Virus record (IMG/VR): IMGVR_UViG_3300011116_000655
Location: 1-64,000 of that record
From: a virus
Strand: one strand, 5' to 3'
DNA: 64,000 nt
Part shown: positions 1-7,592 of the stretch, one piece after another
How positions within the stretch are numbered: position 1 is the first letter of the stretch
Layout of the letters: every line of letters starts with the position of its first letter
Notes under the pieces: generated by a model
Told to the model about the DNA's origin: nothing
The model's input: the letters and a program-made list of their open reading frames with translations, nothing else
Databases searched by the model: none
Translations under genes and position numbers: made by a program

Positions 1-83
1 CTTCGCCCTCAATAAAGCATGAGCCAATAGGAATTGTCTCAAAAAGTTGCTTTGTTTCGTTATTTATTCTTTTAATTTTCATT

Positions 84-278
84 TTACTTTACCTCTACCT
101 TTTCGATTTCACATTCTTCATAACCGTAACTATCGCCCGTGTCAAGCCAACGAACTTTGTAATAAATAAGGTTGTTGTAGAAAGACTTATCTATCTGAAT
201 AATAACACCAAAGAAATTATCCTTTCCTGTCATATCACGGTCCTTGGCAAATCGAACAAGGTCACCGATTTGGAACAT
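84..278 (-). CDS. Small 'FxIGDLV' SH3/KOW-like phage protein
   Basis: MFQIGDLVRF...FGVII...YKVRW; start overlaps upstream stop (TAATG). Confidence 0.7.
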   Translation of the reverse strand: MFQIGDLVRFAKDRDMTGKDNFFGVIIQIDKSFYNNLIYYKVRWLDTGDSYGYEECEIEKVEVK

Positions 279-454
279 TATTGTACCTTCTTAAACATAT
301 CATCGTGATACCAAGCATCCCTAAAAATAGGATCAAAAAATTTAACTAAAAACATAGGATTATGTAAATGATCTTTTGAATTATCTTTTACAATAAATCC
401 AATCCTTCGTTTATCTCCTGCGATTTCGATTATGTCTCCTACTTTAAATTTCAT
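278..454 (-). CDS. Small 'FxVGD' SH3/KOW-like phage protein
   Basis: Start reassigned to MKFKVGDII (ATG at 454, overlapping upstream TGA). Confidence 0.7.
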   Translation of the reverse strand: MKFKVGDIIEIAGDKRRIGFIVKDNSKDHLHNPMFLVKFFDPIFRDAWYHDDMFKKVQ

Positions 455-627
455 TGAGACACCTTTTCGATAAAACCAAGACTTACCCAAAATGGTTCAT
501 CGCTCGTATGATTTAGTGGCTGAATTCTTACAACGTTAAAACTATTATAAGTTGTAGCCTCAATAACTACTCCAAGATAGCCATAAGACTTGTTTTTTAC
601 AATGTCACCTACTTGAAAGTTTGTCAA
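451..627 (-). CDS. Small 'FxVGD' SH3/KOW-like phage protein
   Basis: TTG start overlapping upstream TGA; NFQVGDIV...LGVVI. Confidence 0.6.
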   Translation of the reverse strand: MTNFQVGDIVKNKSYGYLGVVIEATTYNSFNVVRIQPLNHTSDEPFWVSLGFIEKVSQ

Positions 628-836
628 GATGCTTTCTCCCATTTCCAAGAATCATCAACCCAAGTAACAAGGTAGGATTCAATGTCATTACTATAATCAT
701 CATTAGTTAGAGGAAGCATATAATAATACATTCCATCAACGATGTCTGAAACAACAAAGTAAGAAGCAATAAAACATTTGCTATCATCAAATAGTGGATC
801 GTTATAGAGAGCAATATCACCAATTTGGAATTTCAT
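624..836 (-). CDS. Small 'FxIGD' phage protein
   Basis: MKFQIGDIA; coupled to neighbours. Confidence 0.7.
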   Translation of the reverse strand: MKFQIGDIALYNDPLFDDSKCFIASYFVVSDIVDGMYYYMLPLTNDDYSNDIESYLVTWVDDSWKWEKAS

Positions 837-1036
837 TAGGATACCAGCACAAGAGAAGATGGTGCATAAGGAAAGTCAGATGGTGGCGGATAACCGTTAT
901 CAATAACATTTTGGTAATTAAACCAACATACATAATGAAAGTTACCTTTATTAAAGTTATCAATACCTGTAATAAATCCATAAACTCTTTTATTACCACG
1001 AAGCCTAACAAGGTCACCAATCTTAAAGTTGTTCAT
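836..1036 (-). CDS. Small 'FxIGDLV' SH3/KOW-like phage protein
   Basis: MNNFKIGDLVRL...YGFI; ATG at 1036 in TAATG overlap. Confidence 0.7.
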   Translation of the reverse strand: MNNFKIGDLVRLRGNKRVYGFITGIDNFNKGNFHYVCWFNYQNVIDNGYPPPSDFPYAPSSLVLVS

Positions 1037-1197
1037 TACGACACCTTCTGATAATAGCCATGCCTTACATTTAGTAAAGTAGACAAAACACATTCTCTTC
1101 CACTATTAAAATTCATAATGGTATAAGTAGCGTATGTCTTATCTACTACCAAATAGTATTCATTTTCTCTAACAAGAATGTCGCCAATTTGAAACAT
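1036..1197 (-). CDS. Small 'FxIGD' phage protein (53 aa, below ORF-track cutoff)
   Basis: Hand translation MFQIGDILVRENEYYLVVD...YYQKVS; TAATG coupling. Confidence 0.65.
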   Translation of the reverse strand: MFQIGDILVRENEYYLVVDKTYATYTIMNFNSGRECVLSTLLNVRHGYYQKVS

Positions 1198-1249
1198 TAT
1201 TTCACCTTTTTAAGCATATCATCGTGATACCAAGCACTTTTAATAATGT

Positions 1250-1576
1250 TTATTCGTTTACCCTTCTAACGATACGGAAAGCTTCACACGAATAAGCACC
1301 CCATTTACCATTAGCAATAACTCTATATTTCCCATCATCAAGTCGCTGGGTCATCCATTCAAGCCAACGACCGTTAATAGAACTTCCCTGCGAAGGTCCG
1401 CTGACAACGATTGCCTCAACATCATCGTGCCAAATGGCTTGCGTTTCTTTAATCCACGGAACTTCGGAGTGAGGTTGCGTTTCTTCAATCCACGAAACTT
1501 CGGAGTGAGGTTGTGGTTCTACACGATTATAACGAAGCATAACAATATCTCCAATTTCAACAATATCATTTAGCAT
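1250..1576 (-). CDS. 'EIGDIV' family phage protein with internal 12-aa duplication
   Basis: GGAGG RBS; QPHSEVSWIEET/QPHSEVPWIKET repeat. Confidence 0.7.
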   Translation of the reverse strand: MLNDIVEIGDIVMLRYNRVEPQPHSEVSWIEETQPHSEVPWIKETQAIWHDDVEAIVVSGPSQGSSINGRWLEWMTQRLDDGKYRVIANGKWGAYSCEAFRIVRRVNE

Positions 1577-1588
1577 TATTTCCTCCGA

Positions 1589-1816
1589 TTAGGGAACCCA
1601 CTTTTGACTACCGCTTTCAACCAATAGGATATCGCCCCTCTCGTTCACCGTCAAGGTATCAATTGAAAAGAACTTTCTATCCTTAATAATCTTTTGTGTA
1701 AGAACCTTTACCTTTTCGTTAGGATTAAAATTAAAGCTTTCAATAGCTCCAAACTTTCCAAAAATCACGGAAGTTTCATCAGTAATATGACTATCAAGAT
1801 ATTCTGTCAACTTCAT
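1589..1816 (-). CDS. Hypothetical protein
   Basis: 75-aa ORF, GAGG RBS, coupled to upstream ORF. Confidence 0.6.
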   Translation of the reverse strand: MKLTEYLDSHITDETSVIFGKFGAIESFNFNPNEKVKVLTQKIIKDRKFFSIDTLTVNERGDILLVESGSQKWVP

Positions 1817-1998
1817 TTTACTTCCTCATAACTACGGTTCTCCTCGCCGCAGGTGCAACGGTCATTGAAACCTGCCAGCCTCTCGATCTCGCGCCATGCC
1901 TCGGTGATGTGAGGCGGATCGCGCCAGTCGATCGCTGGGTTGTAGTAGAACTTGTAGAGATGCCTTAGGGTCTCGATTGGGATCTCGATGGACGGCAT
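1813..1998 (-). CDS. Hypothetical protein, locally GC-rich
   Basis: AAGGAG RBS; upstream sigma70-like promoter at about 2057-2084. Confidence 0.6.
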   Translation of the reverse strand: MPSIEIPIETLRHLYKFYYNPAIDWRDPPHITEAWREIERLAGFNDRCTCGEENRSYEEVK

Positions 1999-2096
1999 TA
2001 CTTCTCCTTCGTGTCATCGAACACATTGTAAGGTGGGTTCGTTCGTCATACTTGAATCGTATCATCAATAAAAATAAGGTCAAGAGGGATAAAAAG

Positions 2097-2125
2097 AAAA
2101 ACCCCCAATTAAGGGGGTTTGTTTT
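2097..2125 (-). terminator. Intrinsic terminator closing the tRNA operon
   Basis: AAACCCCC/GGGGGTTT inverted repeat with T-run directly after the tRNA-Asn CCA. Confidence 0.7.
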
Positions 2126-2128
2126 AAA

Positions 2129-2202
2129 TGGCTGGCCGTGCAAGAATCAAACTTGCGTAAAAAGATTAACAGTCTTTCATTCTATCATTGAATTAACGGC
2201 CA
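2129..2202 (-). tRNA. tRNA-Asn(GTT)
   Basis: Cloverleaf TGGCCGT/ACGGCCA, anticodon loop CTGTTAA, encoded CCA; atypical T-loop TTTGATT. Confidence 0.8.
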
Positions 2203-2212
2203 ATAAAATGTG

Positions 2213-2294
2213 TGGGAGCAGTTGGACTCGAACCAACGAAACCTAAAGGTGTCAGATTTACAGTCTAATGCAATTGCCGCTATGCGATGCTCCC
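2213..2294 (-). tRNA. tRNA-Tyr(GTA)
   Basis: Anticodon loop CTGTAAA, long variable arm, GTTCGAGTC T-arm. Confidence 0.9.
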
Positions 2295-2300
2295 TAAGAG

Positions 2301-2372
2301 TAGTCCCAACGAGAATTGAACTCGTATCTCAGCCTTGAAAGGGCCGCGTCATAACCACTAGACTATGGGACC
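2301..2372 (-). tRNA. tRNA-Glu(TTC)
   Basis: GGTCCCA acceptor, loop CTTTCAA, GTTCAATTC T-arm. Confidence 0.9.
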
Positions 2373-2377
2373 ATGTG

Positions 2378-2449
2378 AGCCAAAAGTCGGATTTGAACCG
2401 ACGACCTACGCATTACAAAAGCGTTGCACTACCCCTGTGCTATTTTGGC
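2378..2449 (-). tRNA. tRNA-Thr(TGT)
   Basis: GCCAAAA/TTTTGGC acceptor, loop TTTGTAA, GTTCAAATC T-arm. Confidence 0.88.
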
Positions 2450-2895
2450 GTATTTATTAAATATTTGTGCGTAAACCAACCTTGATCAATTGAAGTTTTT
2501 CGTCTATGACAATTAGCACACCTTACATCACACTTATTAATTTCTTCTTCAATTTTTTCAATTGATGTGACTGATTTTACTAAGTCTGATATGTTTGCTA
2601 CCTTATTTCCTCTATGATCAAATTCTAATACTCTTGGATCTGTTTCACCACAATCAATACAAGGATTTTGTGTTAGATAATTAAAAACAAACTTTCTGTT
2701 TCTATCTTTTCTTTCTCTTCTTCCTCTATTGATTGCAATCATTTGCGACTCTTTATTGTCTTTGTAGTAGGTTGTGTTTTTCTTTCTACTACAAACTTTA
2801 CAATAAGTCTGTAATCCGTCTTTTCTCTTGTTGTGTTTATTATATTCTGTAAGAGATTTAATTTCAGAACATTTAGAACATTTTTTAGTTTCCAT
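2440..2895 (-). CDS. HNH endonuclease with N-terminal Zn-finger
   Basis: CxxC pairs; CIDCGE...LEFDH...RCANCHRRKT; AGGAG RBS. Confidence 0.85.
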   Translation of the reverse strand: METKKCSKCSEIKSLTEYNKHNKRKDGLQTYCKVCSRKKNTTYYKDNKESQMIAINRGRRERKDRNRKFVFNYLTQNPCIDCGETDPRVLEFDHRGNKVANISDLVKSVTSIEKIEEEINKCDVRCANCHRRKTSIDQGWFTHKYLINTPK

Positions 2896-2896
2896 T

Positions 2897-2926
2897 GTTT
2901 CTCCTACAGTAAATAGTAGGAGAAAC
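2897..2926 (-). promoter_or_regulatory. RBS-sequestering hairpin overlapping the ACTATTTA late-promoter candidate
   Basis: 11-bp perfect stem GTTTCTCCTAC/GTAGGAGAAAC with 8-nt loop; SD lies in the 3' arm. Confidence 0.7.
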
Positions 2927-2954
2927 TATTAAACACCCGTTGGTTAATTAAAAG

Positions 2955-3028
2955 TGGTAGGGGTAGATGGAATCGAACCATCATCAAGAGATTAAAAGTC
3001 TCACGCTAGACCTTCCAGCTATACCCCC
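2955..3028 (-). tRNA. tRNA-Lys(TTT)
   Basis: Loop CTTTTAA, GTTCGATTC T-arm, encoded CCA. Confidence 0.88.
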
Positions 3029-3033
3029 AAAAG

Positions 3034-3118
3034 TGGTGGGAAGAAAGGGACTTGAACCCTTACGCTCTAAGAGCAAAGCATTTTGAGTGCTTCGTGGCTA
3101 CCATTACACCATCTTCCC
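3034..3118 (-). tRNA. tRNA-Leu(CAA)
   Basis: Loop CTCAAAA, long variable arm, encoded CCA. Confidence 0.9.
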
Positions 3119-3127
3119 AAATTAAAG

Positions 3128-3212
3128 TGGTGGCTCCTGCGAGAGTTGAACTCGCAAGCCCAAAGGGCGGCAGATTTTAAGTCTGCTGTGTATACCATTC
3201 CACCAAGGAGCC
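3128..3212 (-). tRNA. tRNA-Leu(TAA)
   Basis: Loop CTTAAAA, long variable arm, encoded CCA. Confidence 0.9.
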
Positions 3213-3250
3213 TTAGCCCTGTCTTTCCAGAGAGTCTTTCTTACATTCTT

Positions 3251-3279
3251 ATCTTAACTACTCACTTCATAGTTGTCAA
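3251..3279 (-). promoter_or_regulatory. sigma70-type promoter for the left part of the tRNA array
   Basis: TTGACA-N17-TAAGAT. Confidence 0.75.
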
Positions 3280-3346
3280 GAACTAATTTCAGTTTCTTTT
3301 GCTTTTTGGTTTGCTTAGAACTACTTATTAATAAGGAGACTAAGAA

Positions 3347-3835
3347 ATGCCAAACAAACCAAAATTAATTCAAACTAATTGTACTGTATGTTCAAATGAA
3401 TTTACTACGACATTAAGTAATCTCAAAAGAGGATACGGTAGTTATTGTTCATCTGATTGTCGATACAAAAACAAAAGAGAAACATTTAAATGCTCTTATT
3501 GTTCAACTGAATTTATCAGTATGAAATCACGAATAAGAAAAAGTAAAACCAATAATCATTTTTGTTCAAATGACTGTAAGTACAAAGCCGCTTCTTCTTT
3601 GTCTTGCGATTATGCCACAGGGCCAAAACCAAAGGAGATTGGGCTTTCTACTTACAGAAATAGAGCATTAATTATGCTAAAGAACGAGTGTGTTCGATGC
3701 GGCTACCATGAACACGTTGAATTATTAGATGTTGACCACATTGATTCAAACAGACAGAACAACGACATTTCTAATCTTCAAATCCTGTGTGTTATGTGTC
3801 ATGCTATCAAAACCAGATTACCGCACCTTTTGTAA
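3347..3835 (+). CDS. HNH endonuclease with repeated Zn-binding N-terminus
   Basis: CxxC...(F/Y)CSxxC repeats; DVDHIDSNRQNNDISNLQILCVMCH; AAGGAG RBS; ACTACTTA upstream. Confidence 0.88.
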   Translation: MPNKPKLIQTNCTVCSNEFTTTLSNLKRGYGSYCSSDCRYKNKRETFKCSYCSTEFISMKSRIRKSKTNNHFCSNDCKYKAASSLSCDYATGPKPKEIGLSTYRNRALIMLKNECVRCGYHEHVELLDVDHIDSNRQNNDISNLQILCVMCHAIKTRLPHLL

Positions 3836-3841
3836 AAACCG

Positions 3842-3915
3842 TTGGCCTGGTGGGAGTTGCACCCACGACTTCGGCTTTATAAGAACCGCACTCTGACTAA
3901 CTGAGTTACAGGCCA
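3842..3915 (-). tRNA. tRNA-Ile(TAT)
   Basis: TGGCCTG/CAGGCCA acceptor, loop CTTATAA, T-loop TGCAACT. Confidence 0.82.
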
Positions 3916-3978
3916 ATAATCGGTTCCCGTTAGTCTTTTATTGAGTGTCTTATGTTCGTGAAGCCTACATCACTAAAG

Positions 3979-4055
3979 TGGCGTGAAGTGAGGGACTCGA
4001 ACCCCCAATCTACGGAGTAGAAATCCGTGGCATTGTCCAATTATGCTAACTTCAC
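3979..4055 (-). tRNA. tRNA-Arg(TCT)
   Basis: GTGAAGT/ACTTCAC acceptor, loop TTTCTAC, GTTCGAGTC, encoded CCA. Confidence 0.88.
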
Positions 4056-4104
4056 ATTCAACGAGAGGGCTTCAACCTCTCTGCTTTCTTCCCCTCACCC
4101 TCTT

Positions 4105-4133
4105 AATGTACCCTCTTCGTTCTGAACCGTCAA
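4105..4133 (-). promoter_or_regulatory. sigma70-type promoter at the head of the tRNA array
   Basis: TTGACG-N17-TACATT. Confidence 0.6.
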
Positions 4134-4312
4134 GGGTTTTCTTCAACTTTCTTTTTCTGTTCTCTTTCCCAATGTTGACAATTTAAACAACCAATCCCAG
4201 GAATAATTGCGTTCCAAGCACATCCACTACAATACTGTAAGGAATGTTGATTGAGAATAAGATACTTCTTGTAAAGTTTCTTGTATTTCTTTTTCCATTG
4301 TTTCTTTTTCAT
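4130..4312 (-). CDS. Basic Zn-ribbon hypothetical protein
   Basis: CSGC...CLNC; coupled to upstream ORF (ATGA). Confidence 0.55.
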   Translation of the reverse strand: MKKKQWKKKYKKLYKKYLILNQHSLQYCSGCAWNAIIPGIGCLNCQHWEREQKKKVEENP

Positions 4313-4497
4313 TCTTCAACCCATTCTGCCCAATGAAGAGCAATAAATTCTTGAATAGCCTCATAACTATCAGCATAAGAATAACCATGTTGATAAGCAT
4401 AGTCTTTCATCTGTTTTACTGCATCGGCTGGATAAACACGCACAATCTTAACGTTGTTGTGTGCATCGGGTTCGTAGTATTGAAGCATCTTGTTCAT
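4309..4497 (-). CDS. Hypothetical protein, probably leaderless
   Basis: ATG 6 nt downstream of a TTGACA-N17-TAAGAT promoter (4504-4532). Confidence 0.65.
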   Translation of the reverse strand: MNKMLQYYEPDAHNNVKIVRVYPADAVKQMKDYAYQHGYSYADSYEAIQEFIALHWAEWVEE

Positions 4498-4528
4498 GTT
4501 TCTATCTTAACCTCGGGTGTTTTGGTTG

Positions 4529-4747
4529 TCAACTTGGAATCGACCAATACTTTGAGAATTCATTATCAAAAATCTCACAAAGATGTGGTTCGTCAAAAGA
4601 ATGATACTTGTGATTTATCCAACGAATTGCTGTATAATGATTGCGTTTGTTGTTAACTCTAAAAGTATCAACAATTCCATAATAATCAACAATTTCGGTA
4701 GTGTACCTTACAAGCATTCCCTCTTTTAGTTCATGCTTCAAAATCAT
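4529..4747 (-). CDS. Small SH3/KOW-like phage protein
   Basis: LKEGMLVRY...YGIV...IRW. Confidence 0.65.
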   Translation of the reverse strand: MILKHELKEGMLVRYTTEIVDYYGIVDTFRVNNKRNHYTAIRWINHKYHSFDEPHLCEIFDNEFSKYWSIPS

Positions 4748-4910
4748 TTATGGTGACCTTTCTAATCTCATACGAAGAACAATTGGAAGGTTCGTCGTCA
4801 CTAAAAAACTGAACAAGCATAACGTCTGATTCTTGATGATACTCAATAACATAACCATAAACGTTATGCCCGATAATCTTAACAAGTTCACCAACCTTGA
4901 AGCGATTCAT
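4731..4910 (-). CDS. Small 'FKVGELV' phage protein (59 aa, below cutoff)
   Basis: Hand translation MNRFKVGELVKIIGHNVYGYVIE...; AAGGA RBS. Confidence 0.65.
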   Translation of the reverse strand: MNRFKVGELVKIIGHNVYGYVIEYHQESDVMLVQFFSDDEPSNCSSYEIRKVTINDFEA

Positions 4911-4918
4911 TTTAATCC

Positions 4919-5143
4919 TTAGTCGATAGGTTCTGCTCCATCCTCATAATAGGAAAGGTCGTCAATTTCAAGGGCTTCAAGGTTATTTTCAGTATTCATC
5001 TTCTCGATAATTTCCTCTGCCCTCTCTTGAATAGTCTCGTACACACTATCATCCTCAATAGAGTCAACACCATCAACCTCTACTTCAAAATCATGCTTCT
5101 CGTAGGTGGTCTTGGTGTAATAAACAGTAGCGTGAAACTTCAT
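4919..5143 (-). CDS. Acidic hypothetical protein
   Basis: 74-aa ORF, GAGG RBS. Confidence 0.65.
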   Translation of the reverse strand: MKFHATVYYTKTTYEKHDFEVEVDGVDSIEDDSVYETIQERAEEIIEKMNTENNLEALEIDDLSYYEDGAEPID

Positions 5144-5145
5144 GG

Positions 5146-5499
5146 TTATTGGTCCTCTTGGATGCTCTTAATGTATTCGTCTAGTTGTTCTTCGTCAAGG
5201 TCATCTATAAAACCAAGATGACCAGCATAATCTTCTTCTTCCTTCTCGTAAGGTCCATCTTCATCAAATGGTTCGGGAAAATTAGTTATGTCATTAATCA
5301 TTCTGTTCAACTGAATTAGAAGATTCTCTTGTGGATTATTCTCTTCATCTGCTTCTGTAAAGGGATTAACAGGGTCAGAGCAATAATAAATCTTGGTTGG
5401 ATCATCTTTATAATAAAGTTCTCCGATACCAAAAAACCTATGGTCGGGACTATCGCGAAGTCTAAAGTTAACAATACCGTATCGCCATTTACCAATCAT
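5146..5499 (-). CDS. Acidic hypothetical protein
   Basis: WRYGIV...GIGELYY; GGAG RBS. Confidence 0.65.
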   Translation of the reverse strand: MIGKWRYGIVNFRLRDSPDHRFFGIGELYYKDDPTKIYYCSDPVNPFTEADEENNPQENLLIQLNRMINDITNFPEPFDEDGPYEKEEEDYAGHLGFIDDLDEEQLDEYIKSIQEDQ

Positions 5500-5759
5500 A
5501 AGTTTTCTCCAAGTGATAAAATCTCAAATTCTTCTTCCATTTGAGCAGTTGTAAAAATGTCGTAATCATCTTCGTGAATAAAAAATACTTTGTATCCGTT
5601 TGGTTTTTCAGCAAACAATCTAACATGCTCGATAATGATACCATCTCTTGGTTGTAATCCATAGAAAGGGTCAACTAACATATGTCTAACATAACTTGAG
5701 ATGGGTAATAATTTCATAGTAAAGTGGAGTATGTTTTTTCCAATTATCCTCAGAAACAT
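5496..5759 (-). CDS. Hypothetical protein (start uncertain)
   Basis: ORF in operon orientation. Confidence 0.45.
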   Translation of the reverse strand: MFLRIIGKNILHFTMKLLPISSYVRHMLVDPFYGLQPRDGIIIEHVRLFAEKPNGYKVFFIHEDDYDIFTTAQMEEEFEILSLGENL

Positions 5760-5840
5760 ACAGAGAAAACTGCGCCAACATACGATTTGGGGGGCAATTG
5801 CTATCAGAGTATCCCCATCTTCGGTCCCATGTACTAGGGC

Positions 5841-6068
5841 TTATAAAGGTCTGAGGTTTCTGTCAAAGCATGTAATCACAGTACCCGTCAAAAGAACATG
5901 AATTGAATACTTGGTATTATTCCTTTCTTTTTCTTTATTGTCTACAACTATGCAAGCACCGCTAATGTCATACTTGTCCAAGAACATATCGTGAGTCCAA
6001 TTTAGCAACTCACCAACTTGGTACTTAGGGCTTCCAACATTTACGGCATCGGGCTTCATAGGTTCCAT
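5841..6068 (-). CDS. 'YQVGEL' SH3/KOW-like phage protein
   Basis: AGGAG RBS; family motif. Confidence 0.6.
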   Translation of the reverse strand: MEPMKPDAVNVGSPKYQVGELLNWTHDMFLDKYDISGACIVVDNKEKERNNTKYSIHVLLTGTVITCFDRNLRPL

Positions 6069-6555
6069 TTGCTCCTACCATAACCTGTTCTGTACTACTG
6101 ACAAGTCTTTGAGAACGTGTAGCGTCAGCACCACACTTCATACATACTGCTGAAACCTTCGTAACCTTGTCTGCCATAGCAAGCAAGTGAGGCATACTAC
6201 CAAAAGGATTACCAGCACTATCAAGGTCAAGCCCTGCTACATAAACTTCCTTAATTGCTGAAAGTCTATCTACAAGTTCAGAAAAACCTTCACCAAAGAA
6301 TTGTGCTTCATCAAAACCAATTACTTCTGGTTCATCATGCTCCAAAAGATACACAGCAATTTCTTGTACGCTCGTAACTGCAATAGATTTAAATGTTTGA
6401 CCCGAATGTGAAGCAATTTCGGATACAGAGTAACGGTTATCAATTGCTGGTTTAAACGCTATAATCTTCTTTTTAGCGTATGATGCTCTCTTCAAACGAT
6501 GGATAAGCAATTCAGACTTACCAGCAAACATTCCACCGCAAATAACTTCTAGCAT
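6025..6555 (-). CDS. tdk: Thymidine kinase (type II)
   Basis: GGMFAGKSELL Walker A, GFDEAQF, CxxC...YEARCRKC Zn site. Confidence 0.95.
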   Translation of the reverse strand: MLEVICGGMFAGKSELLIHRLKRASYAKKKIIAFKPAIDNRYSVSEIASHSGQTFKSIAVTSVQEIAVYLLEHDEPEVIGFDEAQFFGEGFSELVDRLSAIKEVYVAGLDLDSAGNPFGSMPHLLAMADKVTKVSAVCMKCGADATRSQRLVSSTEQVMVGANGTYEARCRKCWKP

Positions 6556-6565
6556 AAATCACCAT

Positions 6566-6781
6566 AAAAAAAAAGATTAGAGAGGGGTGACAATCTTTCG
6601 CTATGTCACGGACTATCTGCATTTTAATTTCTGCACCATCCTTTAATAGCCAGTTTGGTCTGTGCTTCGTTCAGTACGCGACTTCCTCCCACACAGCAGT
6701 TCTATTATCGGGGTGCTAGGTTGTGTAGCAGCATACAACCTACCCAAAGATGTATTAGATTTTAACCCAGTCTAATCTTAG
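6566..6781 (-). ncRNA. Candidate structured non-coding RNA or tdk leader
   Basis: Own TTGTCA-N17-TAAGAT promoter (6788-6816); 9-bp 5'/3' closing stem; internal hairpins; U9 tail; no ORF. Confidence 0.55.
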
Positions 6782-6932
6782 ATAAGTATCTTAACGCATT
6801 AAAATTGATATGACAAGGTAGAAAAAAATAATCAATGAAGTTTTAATTATAGTATCTAATACAAAGTTCATCCATGCCCCGATAGTAGAAGAAAAGGAGC
6901 AATTAGTAAGAAAAATACAATCTTCATAAACA

Positions 6933-7400
6933 TTATTTCACCACCTTGTTTAGATTTCTACCTTCTGTTGGCAATAGACGTTTCTGTTCTACTGCATAAA
7001 TCATCGAATCACCATAAAAGTTATCACGATCCGCAAGAGCATTAAGATCATAAATCCAACCAAACTGTGGGTCAAGTCTTTTATCTATGACCAATCCTAC
7101 TATACGAATGCGCTTTTTTGCCAAAAGGCTATAGGTCTTTGTAGTTACCAAATCTCCAACCTCATAACGAGCAGGAGCAGTAATAAAATTATAATACTTC
7201 TGAAAGTATTTATTGTTTGTGAATAGGTTGTATTCGCTTTCAGTTGGAATAGAGTTATCGCGATTATCATACTTATCGCGAATGTAATCAATAATCTTGG
7301 ACTTATTACGATTACTATAACGTCCAAAAAAATCAAGGGCCATGTTAAACATGATGCGCTTATCATTATCGAAAGATTTAATCCATTCGTTGCGATTCAT
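6933..7400 (-). CDS. Hypothetical protein with C-terminal 'YEVGDLV' module, probably leaderless
   Basis: ATG 6 nt after TTGACA-N17-TATGTT promoter. Confidence 0.7.
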   Translation of the reverse strand: MNRNEWIKSFDNDKRIMFNMALDFFGRYSNRNKSKIIDYIRDKYDNRDNSIPTESEYNLFTNNKYFQKYYNFITAPARYEVGDLVTTKTYSLLAKKRIRIVGLVIDKRLDPQFGWIYDLNALADRDNFYGDSMIYAVEQKRLLPTEGRNLNKVVK

Positions 7401-7435
7401 GTGTATAACATAGCCTCTTGATTGTTGGGTGTCAA

Positions 7436-7573
7436 CTACTTCTTTGTAGTATCCTTATTTTCCTTGATTGTTACTGCCTTCTTGACGACAATAACTTCGG
7501 GTGGAGGATGGGACTTGACAAACCCACCATCAATGTAAGAAACGTTGCTCTCTGCCTTGTTTGGCTTGCTCAT
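7436..7573 (-). CDS. Small basic protein (45 aa, below cutoff)
   Basis: GGAG RBS; MSKPNKAESNVSYIDGGF...KK. Confidence 0.5.
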   Translation of the reverse strand: MSKPNKAESNVSYIDGGFVKSHPPPEVIVVKKAVTIKENKDTTKK

Positions 7574-7592
7574 AATTACTCCGTGTTAGATT

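Noticed and set aside
6566-6781. RNase P RNA or hammerhead ribozyme identity for the ncRNA candidate
   Set aside because: GAGGAAGTC only loosely resembles the RNase P conserved region and the spacing is too short; no CUGANGA...GAAA core
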